DNA from: Felis catus
Taxonomy: Eukaryota
Length of the DNA stretch: 64,000 nucleotides
Reading direction: 5' to 3'
Assembly: GCF_018350175.1 (NCBI RefSeq)
Contig: NC_058368.1
Span: forward strand, 160,210,001-160,274,000
Shown here piece after piece: positions 37,516 to 50,577 of the stretch. The position numbers and the translations under genes are program-made. Every line of letters starts with the position of its first letter. Positions within the stretch are counted from its first letter, which is position 1. The notes beneath the pieces were generated by a model that did not search any database, was not told where the DNA came from, and saw nothing but the letters and a program-made list of their open reading frames with translations.

Positions 37516-39619
37516 AAAAGGAAAAATATAAAAGGATAGTTTAGGGATTAAATTTTGTCTTGAAGTTACAGAGGCTTTTTATTGATTCTTGGGTCAATAC
37601 GAACCTTTTGAGAATTTGCATCTTAGATAATTTGTAGGAAAACTTCCAACGGATTGGCAAAAGGCTTTGTCTAGCAATTGAAAGAAATGTTACCCCAAAA
37701 GGCAGTCAGGTCATCCAATCAGACAAACTCATTCTCTTGAGTCTCTGCACACTTGCTTTTCTGGATCACAGATAATGATCAGGCCATACGGGTGCTTTTA
37801 ACGTCTGGTTGAGAACTCCAGAGAGAGTTCAGTAAGTTCAGTCAATTAGTTGGGCTGAATCTTCCAGTGTTCATTTGTTTCATAATTTGTTAAAATATCA
37901 TTTCCTTAGTGGGAAATAAGGCTTATAACGGTCAGGGTCATATTTGTCTTACAGAGTTCCCATGTCCATGAGCAATGTTACGTACAGTGGTTTGTGATTT
38001 TAAGAGTCTTCCCCCTTAGTGTTGTCCTATGTAGGCTTCTCTATGGATGCAGTGTGTGTCTAGTCTTTCTGTTACGGGAGATAAGTCACTAACGTTTTTA
38101 GTTCATTTTAAATTTCATTTAGGACAGAAAATAGATGAAATTTCATTAGGGACAAATGATGTGGAAGTTTAGCAAGTGTCTCTAAAAAACAAAGCAAACG
38201 AAGAAGAATTTTTCTAGATAATAGACCAGAATTGTAATTTTAAAAAGTAATGGAGAGGTTTACTCTAATTGTGACTAATGAACACTTAATGACTTGCTCA
38301 GTAAACATGTTTCAGCCATATTAATTTGGTTTTTAATAGCATTTCTTTACAGATTATCTTGGTATACTTAAAATATTGATACAAAGTTAAAGTCCTTTAA
38401 AATAATTTGCCCACTAAAATACACATGGAAGAACCCTATAAAGACTTTACCAATAATCAACAACTAATAAATTCTCATTGTTTGCTAACAATGTTCCCTA
38501 GATTAACTGTCATATAGTATCTATTCTAAGAGGCACTTTTTTCCCTTTTTTCCCCCACTTTAATATATTTGGAATTGGAATGCATCCTATATATGATAGC
38601 ATGTTATGGTATAATTGGCAGTCTAGAATTGCATAAAATGCCAGCGTATCTTAAAATTGATGTTGTCTTAAATTCAATGAAATACACGATATCTGAGTTA
38701 CCTTGGAAAGAAGCAAATAGAAAAAAATCATATGACAGAACAGAAACAGTCATAATTTGAGGATATAAAGCTCAATTCATCTAAAGCTTAATCTAAAGTT
38801 AAATACATCATTAATTATTCATTGGTGGCTTCTTTTATACATTAAGATAGCAAATGAAGGGATATAAAAAGTGTATGGCACCATCCCTTATCACAAAGGA
38901 GTGAAAATAAATATACAGGCCAACAATGAAGCAAAACATTTATTGTCCAGCCATTTTATAAATATTATATATATAGCTACACATGTGTATTCACATATAC
39001 ACTATTGTGGTTAGATTAGTTGAGTACTTTGGAATTTTTATCAACGTAATGGTTATCGCACCTAACACTCATTGAATGCTTCCTCTAGACTGTATCAGAA
39101 ACAGCATAATGTAAGACCTAAATTACAGAGGATCCTGAAGAAATGGTAGGGTTTATCCAAATTCTGGGACTCAAGACAACAAAGCATTCCAGATGGGAAA
39201 AATGCTGTCAAGAAATGTTAGGTGCCCATTATTGGAGGAAAGAGTTACAATGGCAGTAAGATGTAATTTCAGGGGGCTCAAGACTAATGCTGGAGGCAGT
39301 GGTGATAAGGTGGCCTAATAGACTGATAGCAGATGGTAGAGAAAAGAGTGTGCCAGAATGAAGAAGGCCCTGAGAAGCCATCAGAAACATTTAAGGGCAG
39401 GGCCCCCTCTTTAATCTCTGAAAAACCTTCTCTTGCCTCTGGTGTTTTCTGTAGCTTTCACTCTGTTTTCATTTGCTGCCAGCCCTCAAAGTTGCTGTTC
39501 ACTCCATGTCTTACTATATATTTAATGAACTCTTTATACCTCACAGCTTGCCTCACCCCCACCACCCATTACACTGAAACTGCTTTCAAGTGTCTGCACA
39601 TGAAATCCATTTTATTTCA

Positions 39620-39760
39620 GCAGTGCCATGTTAGGTACTATTGAAAACTGCCATTGTAAAGAAAGAGAACTGAGGCCCATAGAGTTGATTTGACCCATCC
39701 AGGGTTATGTAGCTCTATGTGTAGTATCTGGTTGTAAAACCAGACCTGCCGACTCTCCTC
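39620..39760 (-). mobile_element. MIR
   Basis: aggtactatt...gaactgaggcccatagag...ccagggtt...aaaccagacctgccgactc. Confidence 0.6.
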
Positions 39761-40589
39761 TGTTTTTTTTTCACCTGACCCAGAGATCCTTTATTTGCAT
39801 TCCCATGGCTGCCTGCCCAGGACTGTCACCATCCCATCAGAGTACAGATGCCTTGATAGAGACCCAACCAGAGGAGTCATTCAATGATTCTGCCCTTTCC
39901 TTTATCACCTCATAGCTCTATCCTAACATCAGAATCCAAATTAGAGTTGGATGATAATGATAATAGGTAGATGTTATGTAACATGCTACAAAAGGAAAAC
40001 CAAATAACTGAGGTTTAAGTAATTGAATGACTTAAACCAGTGGAAGCAGTTGCCAAGGTTCTATATTGTGATTCACACTCTTGATCACTGATATTATGAA
40101 GAAAAGCTCTCAAATGATGTTGATCTATGTGTTTTCTTTGTCTTAAATGTCTTAATCTAGAAGACACAGGTAAAGAGTTTTATTAATAACTGGATTGATT
40201 TGGTAGGTTACACTCTAGGAGAATTTGTTAATATCCGTAATGACTATATGTCATGCATATATTTTCTAAGCATGAGAAATTATGCTAACATTAAATTATC
40301 AGAAACCCTTAAATTGACATTACCATAGGCTTCCTGTGAATCCAGTGGTTTTCCTTTCCCTCTTCTAGATCCCAACCTTGTGGGAACTATTGCTTCATTT
40401 GAGAGGACCCTGGACAACAGATTTTTTTTTTTTTTACCAAAGCATTTCTCTGCATTTCTGTTAAATTTTAAGAGAGATAAACCCTACTCTAATTGCATTC
40501 ATCAAAATTGATAATAGTTTGATGCATAACCTAAAAGTATGTGTCCAGATGCTCAATTGATAAGATTCTACTTATCCCTATCTCTTGGT

Positions 40590-40714
40590 CAAGTGACTGT
40601 AGGTTCTGGTTTGTCTGGGACAGTCCAGATCTATGTAGTTTTCCTGAAAGCCTATTTAGTGTTTGTCCCAGATGAAAGTGTCTTACTTTAGATGATGAAT
40701 TATATGGTTACTCC
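40590..40714. mobile_element. hAT-Blackjack MITE (MER94-like)
   Basis: gtgactgtaggttctggtttgtctgggacagtcc...aaagtgtc...gatgatgaattatatggttac. Confidence 0.6.
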
Positions 40715-41589
40715 CTCTGGTCCCTGAATTGGTCTTACGTATATTTCCTCCGTGGTGGTAAGGTGGGCCTTAACAATTCCAATCTTGAATCACAGTGGCC
40801 AGCTTCGTCAACAGCAGAAACCCTTATGTGGGTTATATGACTTCCCTGAATGTTATTTTGGCTAGAAAAATGTGCTGACCAAGAGACGTCTGTTAATGTG
40901 GAGGGTTGGGGAGGGGGGTTGGCTTAAGCTATACCCCAACCATAAAGACTGAGGTCTAGGCAAGAGTGGTCCCTCAAAGCAAAATGTCCCTATATATGCT
41001 ACTTCCAGATGAAAGGGAGAATGGACATCTGGAAAGTAAAACTGTGTTTGTCTTTCTATCTATCTATCCGTCCACATACATACATATGTGTGTGTGATCA
41101 GAATTACTGAAGATACTGTCTTCACTAGTAACTATTTACCAAGTTCTCCTCCTCTCTAGAGTTGTGTGCTTCCTTTTATGTTACTGACACTTCCATATTG
41201 CCTTCTCATGACATCACACCATCAGCCATCTCCCTTTTCTATATCTCTACTATCCGTTATCTGCTTTCTCTGATATCTCTACCTTTTATTCATTAATTAC
41301 TTTCTGTTAATTTAAACACATAATCAAAATTTTGCATTTAAAAAACCCTCTAAATTTAATGTCTCATGTCTTAAATATTTGTGGTGTCTTCTCTCTACTG
41401 GTTCAGTTTGTCAATTAACTAGTGTGCAGTTGTCTGTTATTTAAAGTCTTTAAACTTTCAACACATTTTAATCAGCAAATGACTCACTCTCTCTAACCAA
41501 TAATTGCTTGAAAATTTTGGCATTTGTTCTGAACTTGGCATCATGGATTACTACTTCCCTACTGTGAAGACTAGATTTAGCTGCCCTGC

Positions 41590-42320
41590 ATTTCTCTTCT
41601 CCTTCATCTTTGTTTACTCCATCTGAATTCCAGGTGGGCTCATATTTCCTTGTCTACCCTTCACGTTGGGTCTTGGTTCTTTTGCTTTTTTATCTGTATT
41701 TCACACTGGTTTTACATAATTTCATTCTAATATTTTTAGATTTTATTTATATACTATTTCCAAACTCCTAAGCCTAGTTCAGACCATGCCTCATAGCCTC
41801 ACAATATTATATTCCATTGCCTATTGGAGATCTCCCCAGAATATACTTTTGATGCCTCGTTCTTATATTCAGAGTGACCTCATTATCTTCCTTCCTACAT
41901 TGACTTCTCCTCCTGAATTTTCTCTTACTGTGTACTTGAGTACTCCAGGGAAAAATTTAGAATACATGCTTGAAATCGCCTTCCTTTTTTCTTACAGTTA
42001 ATCAAGATTGCTAACTTGTACCCTTACGTGTTGTTTTTTCCAATTTTCCTTGCATACTAGTAATTGCTACTATTGCCTCTTTATCTTAGGGTTTCAAATC
42101 TTATGTGTTAATATAGTCATCTTCTTTTTGCAATTGCCTTTACTTCAAATCCATCTTGGACATGATGTTGAAGTTGCAAGCCTAAATGTGCTGCTCCTAC
42201 TTTACTTAGAACCCTTCAAAATCTCCTCATTGACTGCTATGAAAAATCCCATCTTTAAGAAGGTTATGCTTGATCTGGCCTGAATACTACCACTCTTACT
42301 TTCTTGCTTTTTTGCATGCT
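41590..42320 (+). mobile_element. L2 fragment
   Basis: Pyrimidine-rich L2-like motifs (ttccattgcctattggagatctcc, ctcattatcttcc, acttagaacccttcaa, tgatctggcct). Confidence 0.6.
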
Positions 42321-43789
42321 TATTGTTTTATATTACATGAAAAATAGGAGCAATAAGGTGAATAGAAAGATAAAGGCATTATGTGGGTGGGAAGGGACTT
42401 GGAGGGCACTTTCCTAGGCAATTATTTGTGACAGTTCCAAAATAAACTACCTGTAAGGTTTGTTATGATTTGATCACAAAAAAAGAAAATTTTGAAAAGT
42501 AGACCTGAAGTAAGAATTGAAAGAGGAGTTGAGAGTTAATGTAGAAATTACCATTAGAGTCAGAGATCATATGAGCGCATATCCTCCCTCATTTGATCAA
42601 CTACTGATTACATTTCCTGGTAAGATGATAAGGAAGTAGTGTGTATGATTCATGGGGAAAATTAGTGGGATTTGAAAAAGTTGAGTGCCAGGATTTTATA
42701 GTATGTCAGACCAAGATTAGTCCTTAGCTTGTGCCTATTTCAACTTAGTAATTTTATAGTAAAATAAATGTAAGCACAAATATCTGTGCAGATACCTTGT
42801 TTCTAATTTCCATTCTGGTATTGCTAACAGAACTTGAATAGGGAAATAATTAAATGATTTCTATATTGCTATGTTACCCTCTCTCTCTGTTCTAGGGTTT
42901 TTTTTTTCTCCTTAGTTAACAGCACTCTTAAGTTGTTCACATGTTGATGAATTGATTCACAGTAATCAGACTTTGAAGAGATGGATTTGTAAACCAGAAT
43001 CCAGCTTATTTATAAAGGAAGATCTATCTAGTGCAATCTATAATGGGTACTAAGTGTCTTCTCAGCATGCCATTCTTTTCACATCAATATATGTGGGGAA
43101 ACCCAGTTTGTTAGTAATAGATAGCTTTGGCACACATAGAACCAGCCAGAGCAAAGGAAAGTGGATGGATTTAAGGGACATCTCCTTTAAGGCGAGATAC
43201 AGCCTGAAGGAATTATATTTCCCTACCATAAGGATAGTTCCAAGTGGTAATCAGTGCCTGCTATTCAGAGGCAATATCTCTGCTCACCAGGTCAGTTCCT
43301 GGTAGACACTGGTAGAGTTTTTGTACTCTATTACCAGCATTCCTTTTGATGCTAATGGATTCTTATTTTTCTACATTTACCCCCAGGACTGAGTCTAGAT
43401 AATACTGGGAAGTAGATAAAAATTTCTTCAGTGTTTTTGCATAGTTTTTTCCCAATCCCTTTATTTTTAACTGTTTGTCAAAATATAAAAAGGAAATCAC
43501 ACGTAAATGTGCAGCTAGTTGAATTATTAAAAGCTGAACATATCAGTAAACAGCACCAAACTCATTTTTAATAAGTCCTCTTTCACATGTGATCCACTAT
43601 CCTTTGATCTTTTTTCACTTTGGTTTCTGTATTTTAAAACAAGCCCATAAAGCAAGATCGGTACTTAACACCAAGTGATGAATTGCTAAAGATGGAATAT
43701 CATGTGCATCAGGGAAGATAAAAACTGTGCAGAATTGCCCCATTTTTTACTTGGACAAGTGCTGGGAGATTTGGAGGAAACAAAATTCA

Positions 43790-44950
43790 ATGAGAGTTGG
43801 GAAAGCTTGATGAAAAAAACTAGGAATGAGTCTTGAATTAAGGGCAGAATCTATGAGAAGTCAGGGGAGAAGGAGTGAATAGAAGTGAGGGGGATAACAC
43901 AGTGGCATTATAAAAATGGATGAGGAGAGAAGAAAGAAGGCAAGTGGGGGGTGAGGTAGGGGATGTAGGCCATGGTATAGAAAGAGGAAAAGTTGCAGAG
44001 GTACAGAATCCAGCAAATGGAAAACATTAAATACAAAGTAGAGACTGAGTCATGGTGTCTATAAAGAATGACCATGACAGACATGATTTAGACATAATGG
44101 TTTGACACAAATATGTTGAAGGGCTTGGAGGGTAAGGGAGTACAATTGAAAAGAGTAATGAGACTGTTGCTGTAGCTAAGCTATGGGCTGATTTAGCCTT
44201 GAACTATAGAAATGGAGAGAAATGAACAACTCTTGGGTATTTGGAAATAAGGGTCAGAATTAGGTTACACACTGAATATGGGGTGTCGATAACAAGAAAG
44301 TAAGACAAGATTTCAACTCTGTTCGATTGATTAACAGCAGCTGGTTTGGGGGAAAAGAGTTTTAGTATGGACTATGATGTGTGTCCATAGCTTGATGGGA
44401 CACACAGGTGGAAGACCCGGGTGGGCAATTGGAAATAGGATCTGCAGGCATCAGAGGTTAAGATTAGACATGCATTTGGAAATTACAGGCACTGAGAGAA
44501 TAAATAAACTGCTTTTGGAATGCTAAGATGGGCAGAAACACAGTATACTAGACTTTGGATCTTGACATGGAAAACAGGATGCTTCAGACATGGGAACTGA
44601 ATAAATAAAAACATAATAAGCAGTTTTTATATTCATGTACTGTTTTAAATATTTTGAGTGTATTCATTTAATTGACATCATAGCAAAGAAAACTGAAACA
44701 CTAAGAAAAAACAGAGGAGGGCCTTGAAAACCAAGGGATTCAAAGCATCAGATTTTTGCTAAATACTATAGAAAAGTTGAATAGATTATGAAATATCATT
44801 GTTGAATTTGAGGTAATAGTTTTATGAATATCAGTTCAGAAAAGAAACTGTAGAGAAAAAAGTCAAAAATATTTAGAAGCAGTATGAAGGCAATCAGTAT
44901 TAATGGGTCTGGCATTGAATAGAAGAATAGAAACAGGATGAGGGTGAAAC
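43790..44950 (-). mobile_element. L2 fragment
   Basis: Purine-rich antisense L2-like motifs (gagactgttgctgtag, gccttgaacta, ttttagtatggac, gggcaattggaaatagg). Confidence 0.55.
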
Positions 44951-46016
44951 TACAGAATTCTAAAAAGGAGAGATTTAAATAGAATTAGAAGGAGTTGGGG
45001 GAGGAAATACATGGAAGAGGAAATACTGGATATCCATGATGGAAGGAGCTATTGTGAAAGGGGAATCCTGGGAAATAATAAAAGAAGTGAAATCTAGTGT
45101 ATGCATGGGAGCATTAACTGCAGGAATAGGAGATGTGTTCTTGGTTAGTTTTGGGAAGAGAGTGTGAGGGAACCTGGTAACAAAGTCCTCTTGTGATGAC
45201 TCCTTACATGAAGAGCTCACAAAAGGGCTTCCGTTGTCTTAATCAAGTCAAAAACAGAAGCAGACAGTACTAGGAACTAAGTGTTAAGGAATGGTGGAAG
45301 AGAGAGGGTGGATAGGAGGAGAAAGCTAATGTTCATTGAGAATGCACTTGATGCCAGGTTCTGTGATTAAAAACTCTGACAAATGGTCAGTATGAACTTT
45401 TCATGCATCAGTTTTATAAAATTGAAGGTATGCCTTGAGGCTATCTATGATTTTTCAATCTTTTATTTTACTTGGGATAATTTGTCCTCTTCTTTCATCT
45501 TCCAATATTTTATTTTATCTCCCATTGACTGCTCAGGTTGAATTCCAATTTGAATGTTCGGTGTGTAAACATAATCTTATGTACCAGCAATTTCCTTGAA
45601 TTTGAAGCTTGCATAAATACACTTTTGGGTTCTCCATCATCTGAGTAGAAGTCTTCAATCTCCTTAATGCAATCTTTAAATTACTTTACGTCTGTTGAAA
45701 TGTTCATGTTTTATAGAGAAGTAGATGAGTTCTTATTCTTAGGCAGACTAAGAGAATTATGATCCAGGAATAAGAAACAAATAATAAGTTTATTATGTAC
45801 TTGACAGAATTTTACCTGGTGCCTTTATCATCTTGAAGATGATAGAATAGTTAAATGCTTCTTTTTGATAAAATTACACTAGGTTATAAATGTACAAAGG
45901 ACTACCTTGCTATATAGTTATATTTGTATTTGTTTTCTGTCTCTGACCCTTTTTATCTGGCCATTGAATGCTCTTGTCTCTCATGTATTTAAGCATTAAA
46001 AATGGTAAAAGCTACA

Positions 46017-46609
46017 AAGGGCCATATTTCATTCTTTCTCATTGCCACGTAGTACTCCATTGTGTATATAAACCACAATTTCTTTATCCATTCATCAGTT
46101 GATGGACATTTAGGCTCTTTACATAATTTGGCTATTGTTGAGAGTGCTGCTATAAACATTGGGGTTTAAGTGCCCCTATGCATCAGTACTCCTGTATCCC
46201 TTGGGTAAATTCCTAGCAGTGCTACTGCTGGGTCATAGGGTCAACGTGGATGGAACTGGAGAGTGTTATGCTAAGTGAAATAAGCCATACAGAGAAAGAC
46301 AGGTACCATATGTGTTCACTCTTATGTGGATCCTGAGAAACTTAACAGAAACCCATGGGGGAGGGGAAGGAAAAAAACAAAAGAGGTTAGAGTGGGAGAG
46401 GCACAAAGCATAAGACACTCTTAAAAACTGAGAACAAACTGAGGATTGATGGGGGGTGGGAGGGAGGGTAGGGTAGGTGATGGGTACTGAGGAGGGCACC
46501 TTTTGGGATGAGCACTGGGTGTTGTATGGAAACCAATTTGACAATAAATTTCATACATTGAAAAAATAAATAAAAATAAAAAGTTCTGTGACGCAAAAAA
46601 AAAAAAAAA
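46017..46609 (+). mobile_element. Young felid L1, 5'-truncated with 5' inversion
   Basis: Inverted segment to 46241, sense segment from 46242 to the poly-A tail; perfect TSD ggtaaaagctaca at 46004-46016 and 46610-46622. Confidence 0.96.
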
Positions 46610-47309
46610 GGTAAAAGCTACATTGGAAAAACACAGGTCAATAATAGGGAGGCTGGTGTTCAAATATCAATGAAAGGGTATTTAATGGTCTGTTACAGCT
46701 ATGTTTGCTGATTTTTGTCTGCTAAGCCCTGGAAAGCATCTTCTGAGGGTAAATTTCCACTTGTTTCTGCGTGGGTTTTCCTTCTGGTATTGCTACCAGT
46801 GACTGCTGTGTCTTGTAGATGCACATAGACTCCTCAATGGCTATTTAAAAACATTTGGTTTTGGCCATAGGATTATCAGAAAGGCATTTGTAAGGATGAA
46901 TATAATCGATTAATTAGATCAGCAGGAGCATTTTTCTTACACAAGGCGCAGGATTTTTAAAAAGTTATTCTGGTATGTATCTGAATCACTGATGTAGACC
47001 TCTCTTAAAGATTCCTGCTTAATATACCTGAGAAATTTTACTGAATATGTGTTTTGAAAAATCCCCCTTGATAATTTTGAAGTATTCCCATTATTCAACC
47101 AAAATTATGCATTTCACAATGGATAATTATGGGATATTTTGAAGTAAAAAATTTGAAACTTTGGAGAGTCTAGTTGTCTGGATAAATTTCTTAGGCAGTT
47201 GTTAACTGATATAAAACACTTTATAAATGTATGAACTATTTGTGTGTTACTTTCTGGAATTTATCCCATGGAAGTTTATCTTTAAGTCTTAGTTAGAACA
47301 TTAATAAAA

Positions 47310-47501
47310 GGAGGCTCCTGTGTTGCTCAATTGATTGAGCATCGACTCTTGAAATCGGCTCAGGTCATGATCCCAAGGTTGTGGGATCAAGCCCCACGTT
47401 GGGCTCCACGCTGAACCTGGAGTCTGCTTAAGATTTTTTCTCTCTCTCACAAAACAAAAAACCAAAAAGAAAACAAAAAACAAGCAAAAGCCACAAAAAA
47501 A
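47310..47501 (+). mobile_element. Can-SINE (short type) with patterned A tail
   Basis: ctcaggtcatgatcccaaggttgtgggatcaagccccac motif. Confidence 0.88.
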
Positions 47502-47534
47502 TGAGAATTTTAAGAAACTAGTAAAACAATTGCA

Positions 47535-47937
47535 ATAGATAGGATATAAGACTAGTTGCTGTAACAACTAAAACCAAAGACGAGGCTTTAGATTGTTACA
47601 CTATTTTTCAAGACGTTCATTCTGTTGCATGAACAAAGCACTGTCCCCAGCAACTTACCTGTATTCAAAGCTATTGGAGTAGGAAAGGGAGGTGAGTGTT
47701 TCTATTAAGAGTGTGATCTAGAAATTGCAATCATCATGTCTGCCCATTTCCCAGTGGCCTAAATTTAATCACATAACTTCACCTTGCTGCATTTGGGAGG
47801 TTGGGAAATAGAGTCCTTTGCTAAAATAGGTCACTAGCCCATCTTAAATTCATGAAGCTCTATTTCTTAAATAAAACAAAAACAAAAACAAAGGAATGAT
47901 AGATATTAGGGAGCATTTAGTAGACTCTTCGACAACA
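47535..47937. mobile_element. Ancient MaLR LTR (MLT1J-like)
   Basis: gttgctgtaacaa...ctgcccatttcccagtggcc...gggaggttgggaaatagagtc...gatattaggg. Confidence 0.65.
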
Positions 47938-50356
47938 CTCAGGCAAATTAGAAACAATCCATGGACTCAAAATTTTGAAGAAATGGAAAGATAAAAAATT
48001 ATCAGAGGAAAGTAGCGAATTCCATGCAAGTATGAAAAGTCAATTCAGCATTAGTATCATAATAGGATTTATCAGACCTTTAATTGCTAGACTATTTGTA
48101 AACTAGAGAAGTGTAAGAAACAATGCTAAAAGATAGTTGTTTTTTCTGGTTTATGGAAAATATTACAGTATTGAAAAAGTAAATAATTTCACGATTCCTG
48201 CCTATACATTGAGAGAAGACTTCTCAGTGTTTAACATTCATAACTTCGTTTTTGTTTGTTCTGACAATGTACTGGACTGTTACTGGGCCTCTCATCCATC
48301 CTAATTATAAAAATTGAAAAGCACTTGTAGTCTTGCTCATTCCTTACAAAAGAGAGTGACAACTCTGGCAGTTTAAGTTAAAAAACCCAGTAAAACTTTC
48401 GCATAAAGCAATACCCACAGTGAAAACAGTTGATCACTTTACACAACAGAGCCAAGCTCAAGCCTATAATGAATTTTGAAAGACTTCCCTTTAAAGCTAG
48501 GGAATAAAAAAGAGATTACAGATAAAAACATAAATATAATTCAATAATGTGCATCTTTACTTGGTTTCTAGCCTCACTTTATTTGATTTTGCTGTGTAGT
48601 TAATTGAAATGTCCAAAGCTTATCCAGCTTAGCATACATACAGAACCCTGATCAACTATGCCTTGGTTTTGTATTCATTATTTTGGTTTATTCGCTTTAA
48701 TGGCTACAATGGTTTTGTTAACTTATTTCCACCATATGGACATATGCATGTCCCCATACTAGTATTTCAGTGTCTTTGTATTCATAGGAATGTGATTAAT
48801 AAAAAGACACCTTTTAGTTTACATTAAAATTACTGGTTCTTGACATGGGGGGTCACTAGCTTCTGTATGCTGCAACTGAAGACTGGTTGAAAGATTATAG
48901 CCAATCTGACTAAGTCTCATATTTGCTACTCCATGCTTAGAATTCTTGGTTTTTTCCCCTTGATCATAACCAATTTACTCCTTATACTGAAGATGGAAAA
49001 GGGCAAATGTTCATCTTCAGAGTCCTAAGCAGACTTGAGCATAAGACTCATTGATATCTAGCTGATCTCCTTTATTTCAGTATGTACATCCCATTTAATT
49101 ACAGTAGAAGGCAGGTAATACACAGCTCTCAGACTAAGATGGATAACTCGATTACATTTTATAATTTTTTTGACTAGACAAGTGTTGGCAAAGGCAATAC
49201 ATTAGTCGCACTGTCGAGGGCATCAAATGTCATAGTGATAATGGGGTTTGTGACCACGTGTTTCCTTTGACAGGCTGCCACATGCTGTTCTGTGGTTTTA
49301 GACTAGTGCTTGAAAGAGATGAGAGAAGGTTGTGAGGAGGTGAGAAGTATATGAATCAGTTCCTAGGGTGTCCTGGGGCTCTGAAGAAAATGAGTTGAAA
49401 CAATTCCAGCTCTCACTTTTTTCCTTCAATCAATTCCCAGCTGGGCTGTGACAGAAGGCAGATGATAAGAAAAGAGGGGAGAGCAATAAAGTGCAGCCAC
49501 TTTATAAGGGAAGTAGTTGTCTCCCAGAGGGAAGGAGAAAGAAAAAGAAGCAAAAGAGTTTGGGGGAGGGGTGGTAAGGAACGGAGCTTGCTTGGAGGAG
49601 GAGTTAGTACAGTAAAATCTTTAAATGTTGTAAATATCAGCAGTAACAACAGTTAAGAAATTGAAACAGTTGTAATAGGGTTTAATGGAAAAAGGCTTTA
49701 CTGTAACAGTACACTGATGATAGTAGTCAATATTCACATGTTTGACATGAAAAATTGCTTTGGTAAATTGAAAATGAAGATAGAAGAAACAATCAAAATT
49801 ACCAAGTGAACTTGATGTAGTCATTAACAAGGCAGGATGATTCCTAAATCACCAAGAAAGCAACCAAGAAACCACCAGGGACTCCCCAGTCTCAAGAAAA
49901 ACTGAGAACACATAATTTTATTTCACCTAATTCTGTTATTAGGTATATTATTATTACTACTTTTGCAGTGGCTTCATAGATCAAAGTTATAGAGCACCAG
50001 CTTCATTCGACATGTCTTAAAGGGAAATGCTGTAGTGCTTCTGTGTCCCCCCATAAGCAAAAGCATTGCTAGACACGTGGAGGCACAGACATACTTGTAA
50101 ATGATAAGACCAAAGTGTAGGATTGAGCAAATCCTGCCGTTACAAATGAGTCACTTATATTTCTGTCATGCTCAGTGATGTATAAAGCAAAGTCAGACTG
50201 AGGGGTATAAAATATTTTACACAGAACTTTGGAATAATGGGATACATGTTAAAGCCTAAAGTATAACAATACTTAAAAGGAAATTAAATTAAAGCATATG
50301 TAAAAGGAGTCACAGCAATATCGGGAGAATATCATTTAAAATGAGCCATTAAAGGA

Positions 50357-50577
50357 GGGGTGCCTGGGGGGCTCAGTCAGTTAAGCATCCAAGTTTAGCT
50401 CAGGTCATGATCTCACGGTTGGTTAGTTCAAGCCCCATGTCAGGGTCTGTACTGACAGCTCAGAGCCTGCAGCCTACTTGGGATTCTGTGTCTCCGTCTC
50501 TCTCCGCCCCTCTCCTGCTTGTGCTCTCTCTCTCTCTCAAAAATAAATAAAACATTTAAAAAATTAAAAAAAAGAAA
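50357..50577 (+). mobile_element. Can-SINE
   Basis: 19-bp TSD aaaatgagcca(t/c)taaagga at 50338-50356 and 50578-50596. Confidence 0.95.
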
